Assembly (NCBI RefSeq): GCF_009914755.1 | Contig: NC_060934.1 | Length of the DNA stretch: 64,000 bases | Source of the DNA: the human T2T-CHM13v2.0 reference genome, Homo sapiens | Direction: 5' to 3' (one strand) | Shown here: positions 1 to 15,936 of the stretch, piece by piece | Position numbering within the stretch: position 1 is the stretch's first letter | How the letters are laid out: the number at the start of each line of letters is the position of its first letter | The notes under the pieces: generated by a model | Databases searched by the model: none | Seen by the model: only the letters and a program-made list of their open reading frames with translations | Told to the model about the DNA's origin: nothing | Program-made: the position numbers and the translations under genes

Positions 1-2339
<2,339 letters not shown>

Positions 2340-2898
2340 GTAGTTTATAAGTTATAGGAAGCATTAATTCATAATATGTGTTAAATATAGATTGAAATTA
2401 GTAATATGTACATTTTACTTATAGCTACAAAGGAATGGGAATAACAAGCCATAAATTTGAATTATCCTGCTCTACTGTAACCTAGGTCATCCCTAAATTG
2501 AATAGTTATTGGTGACAACCAGTGGGGTCCCAATCTGATTAGAGTGATATTTTCTTCAAAAAGTGACCCTCCTTGTTTTGTCCATTCTGATAATCCTCAA
2601 TGTTGAGTGTCTCCTTCCAAAAATTATTACTGGATTTTCAGAAGAAAATATTTTAACTTCTACCTGTGTTAACCTTATTTTATTATTTAAAAATTTGTAT
2701 TTTAAGTATTATATAATGTGAATACTGTTAGGTAGAAATGTACATTTATATAACTTTAAATATAATAGTAAATATTTGACTGTTAAATTTAAAAAATCAT
2801 ACTGATAATGACCACTATAGAGAATGTGGAAATAAATACGTAATTTTTTTCTCTCAGATAAAGTAACTACAAGCTCTTCTACTACAAGTAGTGATGAG

Positions 2899-2942
2899 AA
2901 AATGCACAGGGAATAAAAATAAAATGCACAGGGAATAAAAAT
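2899..2942. repeat. 22-bp perfect tandem duplication
   Basis: aaaatgcacagggaataaaaat occurs twice in tandem. Confidence 0.9.
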
Positions 2943-2989
2943 ATTTCAAAAGAATACTTTTCTAAGATATGTGCATTATTACCCTGCAT

Positions 2990-3320
2990 TATATTACCTA
3001 AATAATAATATATTATTTATCTATAATACATATTATATATTATATATATTTATATATAATAAATATATATTTAATTATATAAATATATATAATATATAAA
3101 TTATATATAATTATATATATTTATATAATTATATGTATATATACATATAATTATATAATATATATTATATATACATATATAATATATATATTATATATGT
3201 ATATATAATATATAATATATATAATTATATAAATATATACACACCCCATCTCATTTATTATGAGATTTATTTATTATTATTTACATATATATATACACAC
3301 ACACACCCACATATGCACAT
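2990..3320. repeat. AT-rich (TA)n-type low-complexity tract with short (CA)n
   Basis: Almost pure A/T degenerate dinucleotide repeats. Confidence 0.9.
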
Positions 3321-5201
3321 ACAATTTAAAACAAAAATCTGTCCACGCTGATTTCAAGATACAAAACCTTTCACTATAATAAACCACTCTGAGAGGTATA
3401 GGACCACTCTACAGCCATCTCAGCAAATTTTACCGCTGCTTGGCAACTTCTAGAGAAAACCAGTTATTTTAGCTGAACTCTTCTCTTGGTTTCCACGTCT
3501 ATTTCACTCATCTGTTGGCCAAAAATGTGTACCACATTAAAGTAGCCAAGAAATCATTTCCAGCTCATAAGACTCATTTACTCCCATAACTAATGAGGAT
3601 CCATTTACTCCCGTAACTGGTATGGTTCATGGAAATAAAATGTTAACGTTTAGATTTAATAAACCATCATCATCAAAAGTCATACTCATTTCAGGAGAGC
3701 AAAATAGTATTTTATCAGACACATATAAAACAATTATAAAAAAATCAGTGATTTGGAAAATACCACAGTAGTTTTACCATATGCTCCAGATTTCTAGTTA
3801 TAATTTTGATAGATTTTCCTTGGCTTTTTAATATCTTACAAATATATTATTTCTGGACTTTTTGCCTGTCTGAATTCCAAGTCAGTGTTTTCTAGGCCTG
3901 CAGGAATATCTATGTCATCTGAGAATACTTAAAGCAATACAGTTTCACAGGGTCTGGCTCCAGAAATTACGTTTTAATCGACCTGTTTCAGGGTACAAGC
4001 AACCGAATTTTCAATAGCTTTTTATAAAATTACATTTTGTGTAATATTTTTTCCAACAGATAGATCGATCATAAATCCATTGACTAAATACTATCTTGGA
4101 TTAATTTTTTATTTCTAAAATTGAAGGTATTACTAGGTATTATTGTGATTTTTTATTGGAAGAAAGCAGTTTAAACTATTTTAGGATGGCTAAGTGGGAG
4201 TCTAACCTGGCTTCACTTGTATTGAGAATATGTCTCTGTAATTGGTGCATCAATAGTGTTGGCACCAATATTCTCTTTCCTGCTTAATAACTGATGCTAA
4301 ATTCTTCTTAGAGTCTTAGAACTGATACTTACTTAAGAACAATAAGATTCAAGGTAAGCAAATTTTGCTCAGTTATAATGACCTATAACTTAAAATATTA
4401 AAGAAGAGTACTCTCTTGTTACAATCCTGAATTCCAACACCTAACTCTTCTAAATATGTAATTATTTTTTGTCCCAGTTATGAGAAGCTAGAGATCTGAA
4501 GAAGAGAAAAGATGTTAAGTTGTCTGCCTCTGTAATAAGAATTACATGATTCAGAAGTTATACCTGGGGCTTTCTTGCTGAAATGATGTAACTCTCTGCG
4601 AGCTTATGAAGAGAGTGGAAAAGAACTGAAATTGCTCCTATTTAGCCTAGAAAAAAAACAATACATTTCTCCCTAATTCCAAAGTGTGTTTTGAATGTTT
4701 TTAGGGGACACATTTAGACACTGAACATCAATATCTACCTCTCAGAAGAATACACACTCCTGCTACAGCAGAGAGCTATTTACGACAAATATCAGGAGCT
4801 TTACTGTATCATTATTGAGCTGAGAAACATACTAGTCTGCTCTACTGTACACACTAGCTGCCTTACTCAGCTGAGGCAGCCACAATAAGGAGAAAGACGT
4901 AACCTAGAGACAGAACTTTGGATTGAGCTAAAATTTAAAAAGTCAGTCACCAGGGTAAACTAGAGATACCTGAAAGCAAAACTTTAATTTCAGTGTTAAA
5001 ACTAGAGACATGCAAATCACTGAAAGGGATAAGAAGATAGTAAATGCACACATGAAAATGTTCAACACCAAAAAAGTGCAAACAAAGACCATAATGGGAT
5101 CTCACTACACACCTTTCAGAATTTTTAAAAATTATTATTATTATAACACCAGATACTAGGGAGAAGTTAGAGAATCTGGATCACTCATACATTGCTGTTG
5201 G

Positions 5202-5673
5202 TGATAGAGCCAGCAGACAGCAAAGGGTCCCTGGTGAAACACTGCCCTCAAGCCTAGAAGGGAATGAATGCTGAAAAAACGAATTCCTGGTCCCAGATAA
5301 AACATGTGACCCAGAGAGACAACTGCCCCTGGTTGTCCAGCCTTTCCCAACCGATTCTTTCTGAATAATGCCCACATGCACACCGGGGGAATAGGGTGGA
5401 GCCACGAGGAGTTCCCTCCCTGGTCAGGGAGAGGAAGGCTGGCATCTTCCATTCCTGTGTTGTGGCGTAGAATCAATTCGTGAGGTGGGGGCCTGTTAGC
5501 AGTACTCCCTCTCATATACTGAGAGTTTTTTTTTGTTTTTTTTTTTGCTTTTTTCCTTTTTACCCAATAAATCCCACTCTACTCACGCTTCAATGTGTCC
5601 ATGAGCCTAATTTTTCCTGGTGGCATGAGAAGTACCTGGTTTTAGCTAAACTAAGGAGCAAAATTCTACAACA
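5202..5673 (+). mobile_element. ERV1-class solo LTR (MER61-like; family uncertain)
   Basis: TG...CA ends, AATAAA near 5566, 4-bp TSD ttgg/gtgg splitting the host L1 motif. Confidence 0.75.
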
Positions 5674-5772
5674 GTGGGAATGCAAAATACTCCACTGTGG
5701 TAGTCTGTCAGTTTTGTATGTAACTAACTGCAATTCTGACATAATCCAGTTATTGCATTTAAAAAAAAACTA

Positions 5773-8173
5773 ACTTTCATTTTAGATTCAGGGAGTGCAT
5801 GTACAGGTTGTTCACATGGCTGTATTGTGTGATTCTGAGGTTTGGATATGAATGAAATCACCTAAATAGTGAGCTCAGTACCCAATAGTTTTTTGTTTTC
5901 CACCCTTGCCACTCTCTTTCTTGTTTCCTCTAGTAGCCACATGTGTCTATATTGCCATATTTATGTCCATGACTATCCAATATTAGCTCCCACATAAGTG
6001 AGAATACGTCATATGTAGTTTTCTGTTCCTGCATTAATTCATTCAGGAGAGTGGCTTCCAGCTGTATCCATGTTGCGGCAAACGACAAGATTTCATTTTT
6101 TTATGGCTGTGTAGTATTATGTGGTGCATATGTACCACATTTTTAAATACAATCCACCATTGATAGGCACCTAAGGTGATTTCATATTTTTGCTGTTGTG
6201 AATAGTGCTGTGGTAAACATATGAGTGAATGTGTCTTTTTTGTAAAACAATTTATTTTCTTTGGCATACATACCCAGTAATGGGATTGCTGGGTAGACCA
6301 GTAGTTCTAACTTCTTTGAGAAATCACCACACTTTCCACAGTAGCTGAACTAATTTACATTTCCACCAACAGTGTTAAGCATTCTCTTTTCTGTGCAGCC
6401 TTGCCAGCATCTATTGTTTTTTGACTTTTTAATAATAGCCATTCTGACTATTTGGTTTGAGATGGTATCTCATTGTGGCTTTGCTTTGCACTTATCTGAT
6501 GATTAGTGATTCGGAGCATTTTTTTATATATCTGTTGGTAACTTGTATGTCTTCTTTTCAGAAATGTCTGTTCATGTCCTTTGCCCATTTTTTAATGGGG
6601 CTATTTGTTTTTTCTTTTTCAATTGTTTAAGTTCATTACAGATTCTGAATATTAGGCTTTTGTTGTATACACAGTTTGTAAATATTTTCTCCCATTCTGT
6701 AGGTTGTCTGTTTACTCTGTTGATAGTGTCTTTTGCTGTGCAGAAGCTCTTTAGTTCAATTAGGTCCCTCATATGGTTTTGTTGTGTCCCCACCCAAATC
6801 TCACCTTGAATTGTTAATTCCCATAATCCCCACATGTAGTGGAAGGGACCTGGTGCGAGGTAATTGTATCCTGGGGGTAGTTACCCTCATGCTGCTGTTC
6901 TCATGATAGTGAGTGAGTTTTCATAAGATCTGATGATTTTATAAAGAGCTTTTTCCTCTTTGCTCGGCACTTCTCCTTCCTGCCAAAATGTGAAGAAGCA
7001 AACATGTGTCTTCTTCCCCTTTCACCATGATTGTAAGTGTCCTTAGGCCTTCCCAGCCATGCAGAACTGTGAGTCAATTAAAACTCCTTCCTTTATAAAT
7101 TACCCAGTGTTGGGTAGTTTTTTATAACAGTGTGAGAATGAGCTAATTCAGTCTCACCTGTCAATTTTTGTTTTTGTTGCAGTTGCTTTTGAGGTTTAGT
7201 CATAAATTCTTTCCCAATGCTGATGTCCAGAATGATGTTTCCTAGGTTTCTTCTATTATTCTTACAGTTTTAGGTATTACATTAAATTTTTAATCCCTCT
7301 TGAGTTAATTTTTGTATATGGTGCAAGATCCTTATCTTATGCAAGATCCGTATACCCATATACGGCTAGCCAGGTATCCCAGCACCATTTATTAAATTGA
7401 GTGTCCTTTTCCCATTGCTTATTTTCGTTGACTTTGTCAAAGATCAGATGGCTTTAGGTGTGGGGCCTTATTTTTGGGTTCTGTATTCTCTTCCATTGGT
7501 CTCTGTGTCTGTTTTTGTACCAGCACCATATGGTTTTGGTTGCTGTAGCCTTATAGTATAGGTGGAAGTCAGGTAATATGATGCCTCTAGCTTTGAGCTT
7601 TTTGCTTAAGATTGCTTTGGTTTGGGGGCTCTTTTTGGGGGTTCCATATAAATATTTGAATATTTATTTTTCTAATTTTGGGAGAAAATGTTGGTGGTTT
7701 GATAGGAATAACACTGAATCTGTAGATTGCTTTGGGCAGTAAGGACATTTTAACGATATTGATTCTTCCAGCCTAAGAGTATGGAAGTATTTTCCGTTTA
7801 TTTCTGTCATTTATGATTTCTTTCAGCAGTGTCTTGTAATTCTCCTTTTAGAGATCTTTTACCTCCACGGTTAGATATATCCTAGGTATTTTAATTTTTT
7901 GCGGCTATTGTAAATGAGATTGCCTTCTAAATTTGGCTGTCAACTTAGATGTTATTGGTATATAGGAATTCCACTGATTTTTAAACATTGATTTTGTATC
8001 CTGAAAGTTAACCAAAGTCATTTATCAATTCCAAAAGCCTTTTGGGGAAGTATTTTGGGTTTTCTAGATATAGAATCATATTGTCAGTGAAGAGAGATAA
8101 TTTGTCCTTTTCTTTTCCTATTTGGATGCCTTTTATTTTGTTCTCTTGCCTGATTGTACTGAGTAGGACTTTC
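5773..8173 (-). mobile_element. 5'-truncated L1 (L1PA15/16-like)
   Basis: Antisense 3'UTR then ORF2; ORF 6572-6835 gives [29 protein letters not shown]. Confidence 0.9.
6769..7150 (+). mobile_element. THE1 (THE1D-like) MaLR solo LTR inserted in L1
   Basis: 'atatggttttgttgtgtccccacccaaatctcac...gagctaattca'; 5-bp TSD gtccc/gtctc. Confidence 0.9.
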
Positions 8174-10989
8174 TGTGTTTTTATTAGGCATTTATCCTAT
8201 AGAAATGGAAATCTATGTTCACATAAAAATATATATATTGAAATATATAGCAATTTTGTTTTACTAGCCAAAAACTGGAAACAACTCAACTACCCTTCAA
8301 CAAATGAATTGTTATACAAACAGATGAATTGTTATACATACATCCATACATGGAATAATATGCAGCAATAAAAAAGAACAACTAGGGGGTATATGAAACA
8401 ACTTGGATGAATCTCCAGGGAATTGATTTAAGTCAAAAAAGCCAATCTCAAACTATTACTATTTTATTCCTTTTAGATAGCATTTTTAGTGACAACATTT
8501 AGAAGTGAAGAACAGATTATTGTTATTAAGGGTTAAAGTTAAGAGGGATGTAGGAGTGAGACTGATGTGGTTATAACATGGAAACACAAAAGTTGCTTAT
8601 GTTGATGGACTTGTTAAATATCTTGACTGTGGTGACGGATACAAAAACTACATATGTGAAAGAATTGCCTGGAAATGAAAATACACATACATCCCACAAA
8701 ATAAGCACATGTTAAGTAAGGGAAATCTACGCTAAATTAGCTGATTGTATAATATCAATATTAATGGATGTGACGTTACGCTATAGCTTGGCAAAAATTT
8801 TGACATCAGAGGAAAATTAATAATGTTTACACAGGACTATTAATGTATGTGAATCTATAATTTTCTCAAAAAAATTAAAATAATAATGAAAATAATAATC
8901 AAACTATATTTACCAGATATAAAAGATAGACATTCTTAGATTTTAATGGCAACTAAGTACCCAGAAAATTCATAAAAATTAATCCACACTATATAGTTCA
9001 TCAATGCAAAATTTAAAAATTAAGTGCAAAGAAAAGGCATAATCAATATACCATTTCTGAATGTGAATCAGAATGGAATTGCAATGATAGCACTAAATCC
9101 TAGTACATGAAGAAACATGTTCATATTCTGTGGAAAGAATATTTCCCACTTAGATCTCTCGATTCAACCAAATTTCCTTTGTATGTTTGAAGAGGAGGGC
9201 ATATAGAGATATTTTCATACAATGTTTCAGAAACTTTTCTACACAATGAACTTCTCTCAGAAATATATTGGAGATTTTCCACTACAATAAAGAAATAAAT
9301 AGGAATATAAAAGTTACAGGCATCAAGAAACAAGCAATTCAAATGGATGACAAACAAAAAGAATTCTCACAATGATATCGAAAAAATATACCTACATAAA
9401 AATTCTACTAAATAAAAATTCAACTAAAAATTCAAACTAAATTTTAGGTATAATTCTATACCTATACAAAAATTCAAACTAAAAAAAGCAACAAGGTAAA
9501 ACTAAATTGTTCAAAGGGGCCTGAGAAAGATTTATTCAAAAAATAAAATTAATGGATTATCTAATGTATCAGCATATATTATGAGAAAGCTTTACAAAAC
9601 TCAGAGTCATAGATTGAATTTGAAATATGAACATAGAAAACTAAGTAAATGGAAATAAGAGACTATTGTTAGCAAAAAAAAAAATGTTGTGAAGAAAATG
9701 AAAAGCAGTAATAGAGTACTGCATGGACAGCTCCAAATGTTTTTCTATGCTGATCATATGATAAGCCTGCATAGTGACCATCCTTGTAGAGATAGTGGGA
9801 GGATTTGTGCTAGAAAATATGTGTAGAGACAGTGTGGGATGCTAAATGTTAATCTTCCATAAGTGAAACAAATTAATAGATCATATCTATATGTTAAAGA
9901 TCAAAAAATTGCAAACATATTGAAGATATGAAGGGATATTAAAATAATCAGTGAAAGGAATTGAATATGATTGCCTCTGGGGAAAAAATGGTAGAGGAAA
10001 GAAATGTAGAATTGTGCAACTTTTAGAAAAATCTCATGAAAATATTTGAAATATTAAATCATATTCATTGTTAACTTTGAAATTAAAACTAAGCTTATTT
10101 TAAGTTTAAAGTTTACTTAATATAAATATATTGTTTATATGTACACACATTTATCTAAAAGCATTTATACTAAATGTGTATTTTTTATATGTGCACACAC
10201 ACGTAGATGCTAATGCATATACATGCAAATATATGCATTAACATATAAATATATCTATAAATTTCAATTCATTCTAAGAAGATTTTAAATTCACTTAATA
10301 ATGTGTCTTACATAAGGCTATGCAAATTTCACATTTTGGTATAACTTTGAGAAAATAATACTAAAAATGTTTACTGTCCTGTAAAAGGAAAAACACTTTT
10401 AAAGCTACTGAAACTTCAAATAGGATGTTTATTACTACAGAGAATATAACAGAATTCAATGACAGTAATTTCACCCTAAATGGATGGGAATTTGATACCA
10501 GGAAAATGGAGTTACATACAAATAAGTCATTGAAAAATATTGAAGCGAATGCACCACAGGAGAAAACATTATGAAAAACCTGCCTTCCTCATTTCACAGT
10601 TAGTAGAATTACAGATGACACTGAGAAGTGTCACATATTGAAATTGTGCCCTGAAATGTTCATTACAAAAGTCAGGGTTTATTTGCAATATTTTGATTTG
10701 ATGTCTTCATAGAAACTCCACTTAGGATACTGGTAGAGAAAAGTATCTAATTTACACCTAGTAACTTTATATTTTAACTTCAAACTTAAATTTTACAAAG
10801 GCTCATGAAATTAAATATATGCATATGTAACTTAAACTGCTAAAGTTAAGGGCTTTCGTTAGGCAGCATTATTTTCATAACTTGTAACTTCCACAATTAG
10901 TGTTTGCTTTTCTGATAATACTTGTAAAAGATACCACCTAAAATGCATAGACATGTCTAATTTATAATATAAATAGTATAATCAACAGG

Positions 10990-13900
10990 AACTCTTAGAA
11001 GATTTCTGTCTCTACTAACAACAGCTGGACTCGGCTGGACTTTTCCATAAATAACTAAAAATAATTGGAAAAGAACTACAAGTAAATGTTGCAGACATTG
11101 TTCAAAACATGTAAGAGTCTAATAAGTGACATAGTGACAGAAACACTATGATTTCTCAGAATTTCTACCCAGAAATTCTGGGAATTTCTGTGCAGCAAGG
11201 AAGCCACTATAAATAAAACCTGGCAATCTCTCTGGGTGGAGAAAATTTAGGTCAGTGTTAGAGGTGACCAAAGTAACTACACTTCTCAGGGCAGAGTAAA
11301 AAGATGTTAGAGAAAGAGCTGCAACAACTTCTACTAACCTTCCTTTGGTCTGTTACTTCGTAATAAAGGACATATAAGGTAAAATTTTATAAGACAAACC
11401 AAAAAGTACCTGAGAAATTATAAACTTAGACATTCACAGAATCTGTACAGTGCTAGAAGAAATTTGAGTTAAAATCAATCAGAGTAGAGGTACATTGATG
11501 AACATGACGATATTTAATAAATAACTCAGTAGTGCAACACTAGGTTAGTAGAAGAATCTAGGACAAAAGCAAAAGCTGCTTTACACTTTTCTTAGCAAAG
11601 CTAAAAATAAGTCTCAAAAGAATTAAGCTGATCCACAAATAAGGTAACTGCCCACCCAAACGAAGTTTAACACTCTTTAAAGAAAGATTACTAAATCCCA
11701 ATACTCAATAATGTAACATTAACAGCATACAATTATATTAACAAGCATATAAGTTAATACAAGAGTTTATTAATTATTCACTAATGCAATTAGTAAACAC
11801 ACAAAAAATCAGGAAAAGTGAACCATAGAAAGGAGAAATAAAAACAGAAATAACCAGTAATAATGGAAATGTAAGAATTGGTAGACAAGTACTTTAAAAA
11901 AGTAATTATAAATACACTAAGATTAAAGAAAAATAGAAACATAATTAATAGAAAAATGAAGAACTATCAAAGAAGCAAAGAAGAAGAAAAATGTCAATAT
12001 CTAAATTAAAAATGCATAGAATGGGCTTAAAATCAATTATGTTCCAGAAAATAGGATCAGTGGTCAAGATAAGAACACTTTCTATCTAAAAATTGAAACT
12101 ATCCAAATTGAAGGACTCAGGGAAAACTATGTCAAGAAAAATAAGGAAAAGATCCTTAATGAACGCTGAAATAATATTGAGTGGTTTAAAATATGTAGAA
12201 CTGAAGACATAGTGGCTAACAGTTTTCCAAAATTGTGAACACTATAATCTCAAAAATTAAAGAAGCTGACTGAATTAAGGCCAGATACACAGAGAGAAAA
12301 CCACATCAAAACACCTTGCTGAAAAGCAGTTATAAGAAACACTCTTGAAATAAACAAGAGAGAAAGACACATTAGAGAGAAAGATCACAAATTTCTAATC
12401 AGAAAAATGCAAAGCCGAAGAAAATGGAATGGCATCTTTAAAGTGATGAAATAAAAAATCGAACAATAACTTGTATCTGGCAAATATATACAATGTAAGT
12501 GAAAGAATCTCCATGCAATAAATGTTAAATGAAGTGCTGTTAAAGAAAAACATACCGTAAACAAAATTGGATCTTCAAAAAGGAATTGAATACACCAGAA
12601 TTGGTAAATATGTGGAGAAATATAACATATTTTGCATGTTTATTTAAAGTTGACTAACTAAAGCAAAAACAAATTTAAAAATGAATACAAATATAGTCTT
12701 GGTTTTTAAATAAATACAGAAGTACAATATATGGTAATAATAGCACAAGACAAGAGACAAATAGAAATAAACTTATGTAAGTTTCTTACATTATGTTTGA
12801 AGTGGTATAATATTACTTGACTATAGATTGTGATAAATTAAAGATACATGTTAACATATTTTTTTCTAACAAAGGTTTACAGATAATGAGCCAGTAGTGA
12901 AAAACTATGAAAATCTAAGTAGTAAAATTTTCAGTTAATTTCCTGATCAAAAAACAAAACCAAACAAAAAATCACACAAAGGAAATATAACAGACAAAAG
13001 AAACAGAGAACATATTGCACATACAGAAAACAAATAGCAAAATGGTAGACTTAAATGTACCACAATAATTAATATATACCAAAATCATTGTAATTCAGAG
13101 AGAGATTATAAGCCTCATCAAAGAATCATGACCAAATTATATCTTTTTCTAAAGAAATAAATTTTAAATATAAACAAACAAATAAGTTAAAAGTGAAAGA
13201 ATGCAAGAAGATATATATTCCATGCACTAATGAGAAGAGACCTAGACTGGTTCTACTAATATCAGATAGTGTAATTTCAAGACAAAACAGTAGTTCTAGA
13301 GAATTGTATATGTATATGAACTTTATTACAAAACTAGACAATGCATAAAGAAGTAAAAACTGACAGAACTGAAGAGAGAAATACATAAATCCAAAATTAC
13401 AATTAGAGATTCTTGTAGTCTTGTTTCAGTAATCAATAGATTAAGTGGACAGAAAATCAGTAATTATACAGATGACTTGAACAATGCTATCAACCGATGT
13501 CATTTAACATTTGTAGACCACTTCATAAAAAATAGTAAAATACACATTCTTTAAAAGTGTATTTTGAAGTTTGTACATGGCAAATTCTCAAACACAAACC
13601 ATATGCTTGAGTACAAAACAACTCTTGATAAATGTAAGAGAAATAAAATGATGTAGAATGTATTCTCTGACCATAATGGTATTAAATCATAAATTAATAA
13701 AATAATACATGAAAATCCTAAATATTCTGAAACTAACAAGATCATTTTAAATAAGTGATACGTTAAAGAATAAATTCCATGGGAAATTAGAAAATATTTC
13801 AAATTGAATGAAAATGAAAACTCAATCTATCAAATTTGTAAGATACAGCTGAGATAAGGCTTAGAGTGAAATCTTTAGCTTTAAATGCCTGTATTTTAAA

Positions 13901-14600
13901 AGATTAAAAGGGCTTATGTAAATATTAAAGAAGCAATAAAAACAAACCTAAATAAAGTAGAACAATATTTAATGTACACGTGAGAATAGATAATACATTT
14001 TTAAATTAACAAGTAATAGAAAAATTAAATAATTATTTTTGAAAAGAGCAAAACAATTGATTAAACCCTCATTAGAACTATCAGGGATAAAAAAGATTAA
14101 GAAACTCATTAGAATTATCAGAAAGGAAAAAGATACATCTCAACAGAGACTCTACTGATAAAGTAAATAATAGAAGAATGTTATAAAACATAAATTGTGT
14201 GGAAAACTCAAATATCAAGATTGTCAAATTAAAATGCTATACCTATACAATAGTTTGAGTTCCTAATTAAAATATTGTCCCACCAAAAGAAAAACAGAAA
14301 GTAAAAAATAAATTAAAAATAAACATCAGAATCAGATTGCTAAAATGATGAATCGTACCAAACATTTAAGTCAGCAAATCATTCCTAAACAAACTCTTTC
14401 AGAGAACAATGATGGAAAACATCCAAATTACTTCATGTGGCCAGAATAGATGTTTATATTTAAACATATTTAATTTAAATATAATTTATATATAATGTGT
14501 TCATATAACTGTATAAGTATATATCTTAAACTCTTTAAACTGTGCAATTATAGTAGACAAATGCTATTTTATATAATCTACTTCAATACTGTTGATTAAA
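10990..14600 (+). mobile_element. Old, highly diverged L1M (5' region, ORF1 and endonuclease/ORF2 remnants)
   Basis: A-rich strand bias; L1 motifs 'tattctctgaccataatggtattaaat' and 'attagaaaatatttcaaattgaatgaaaatgaaaa'; boundaries approximate. Confidence 0.7.
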
Positions 14601-15815
14601 TTTTAGAATTATCTTTTAGCATTTGTTCTTGAAAATAATCACATTAAGATCCATATGACTCAGAAGGTCACAGAGGATTCAAAATTTGAACTCTGGGCAT
14701 CAAGAGTAAAATAATTTGTTTTATTGGTTTCCTGAAATTTGATCCTCATTGGAAAATAAAAAGGACTATTGAGCATTATTGGAAACATTGGAAAACATAT
14801 ATAGCTAGTTTTTGATAGGTCTGCTATACTTTACAGTTAATCTTTTAAATATTATGTAAAGATATTTGTTCCAACAAAGTTCACTGCCTACAGAAGCTGA
14901 GGCAGCAGTTAGTGACACTTGAAATGCCCAAACTATTGAGAAAAATAAAAAGACAAAAAATTATAGATAATTTTAAGAGTCATTATTATAGACACAGGAA
15001 GTCCACTATGGGTCTAACAAGAAAAGCCAAAGGAAAAAAAAAGAAAACAATAATAACAAATTGAAAATTAATTGGCATATGAGCAGATAATTAAGGGTCC
15101 AATAAAATCTCTAAGCTAAATAATTTTTCAGATAAACCTAAATAGGAATATGTTGACAATGAAACCAATAGAAAATGCCTCACTTTTGGAAAGACGTGAG
15201 GCACCCACTTTGGAGGCAAAGACACTCCAGGGAGCTACTGAGTTCACTGTTAATGAATTGCAGACACAGAGTGCAAATGAAATATGGATTAGAAAATAGA
15301 GTAATGAAAAGTTCTATTCATGGAAAATTTGAAGGTTAGTGGACAGAAATAACTGGGGAAAGTGAGAAATTATAGAATGGCAAATGGCATCAGTTAAGCT
15401 GTTCTCATAATAGCTCTTGAGGCTGATTCAATTTATAGACTCTGAAGTAAAGCCTTCCATAGGCACAAGCCAAAGATGTGGCACCCCAAGTCACTCCGCT
15501 CTACCATGTGAAAGTTTATGGAGGCAAGGTACCTATTCACCCAGCATCAGTGGTATCACTTGCCAATTTGCATACGAATAAACATGGATATTAATTATAA
15601 AACAATAAAACCTACAGATGCGTGGGAAATTAACAGCATGAAAGATAAAGAAGAAAAACAGCAAATGCATGTAGGTGGAGAGGGGAACAGATATAATTTT
15701 GTGACCAGAGGTAACTTTAGAAAGTAAATATCTATCTTCTGAGAGATTTGAGAAAATAACACTTCCATTTTTAAAAAATTTATTAAGATATGAAGAAATT
15801 ATCACCAGAAAATTA

Positions 15816-15936
15816 GGAAGTATCTGTTTCTGGCTTCTGGCTGGTTGGAGGCTTTACTTTCCAGCCTGTCAGAAGGGCCACACTTAGGGCTGTAACTCTT
15901 TGTGAGAAATAAAGCTCTCCTTTCCAAATTAAAAAA
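15816..15936 (+). mobile_element. Short ERV1-type LTR 3' (R-region) fragment with A-tail and flanking direct repeat
   Basis: '...gagaaataaagctctcctttccaaatt' then A7; agaaaatta at 15807-15815 and 15937-15945. Confidence 0.6.

Larger units (their letters stand above)
5030..8880 (+). mobile_element. Old L1M 3' remnant, interrupted by an LTR (5202-5673) and a younger antisense L1 (5773-8173)
   Basis: 'actcatacattgctgttg|gtgggaatgcaaaat' ORF2-end motif; resumes near 8175 with 'gccaaaaactggaaacaactcaactaccc...' and an L1M-type 3'UTR. Confidence 0.7.
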
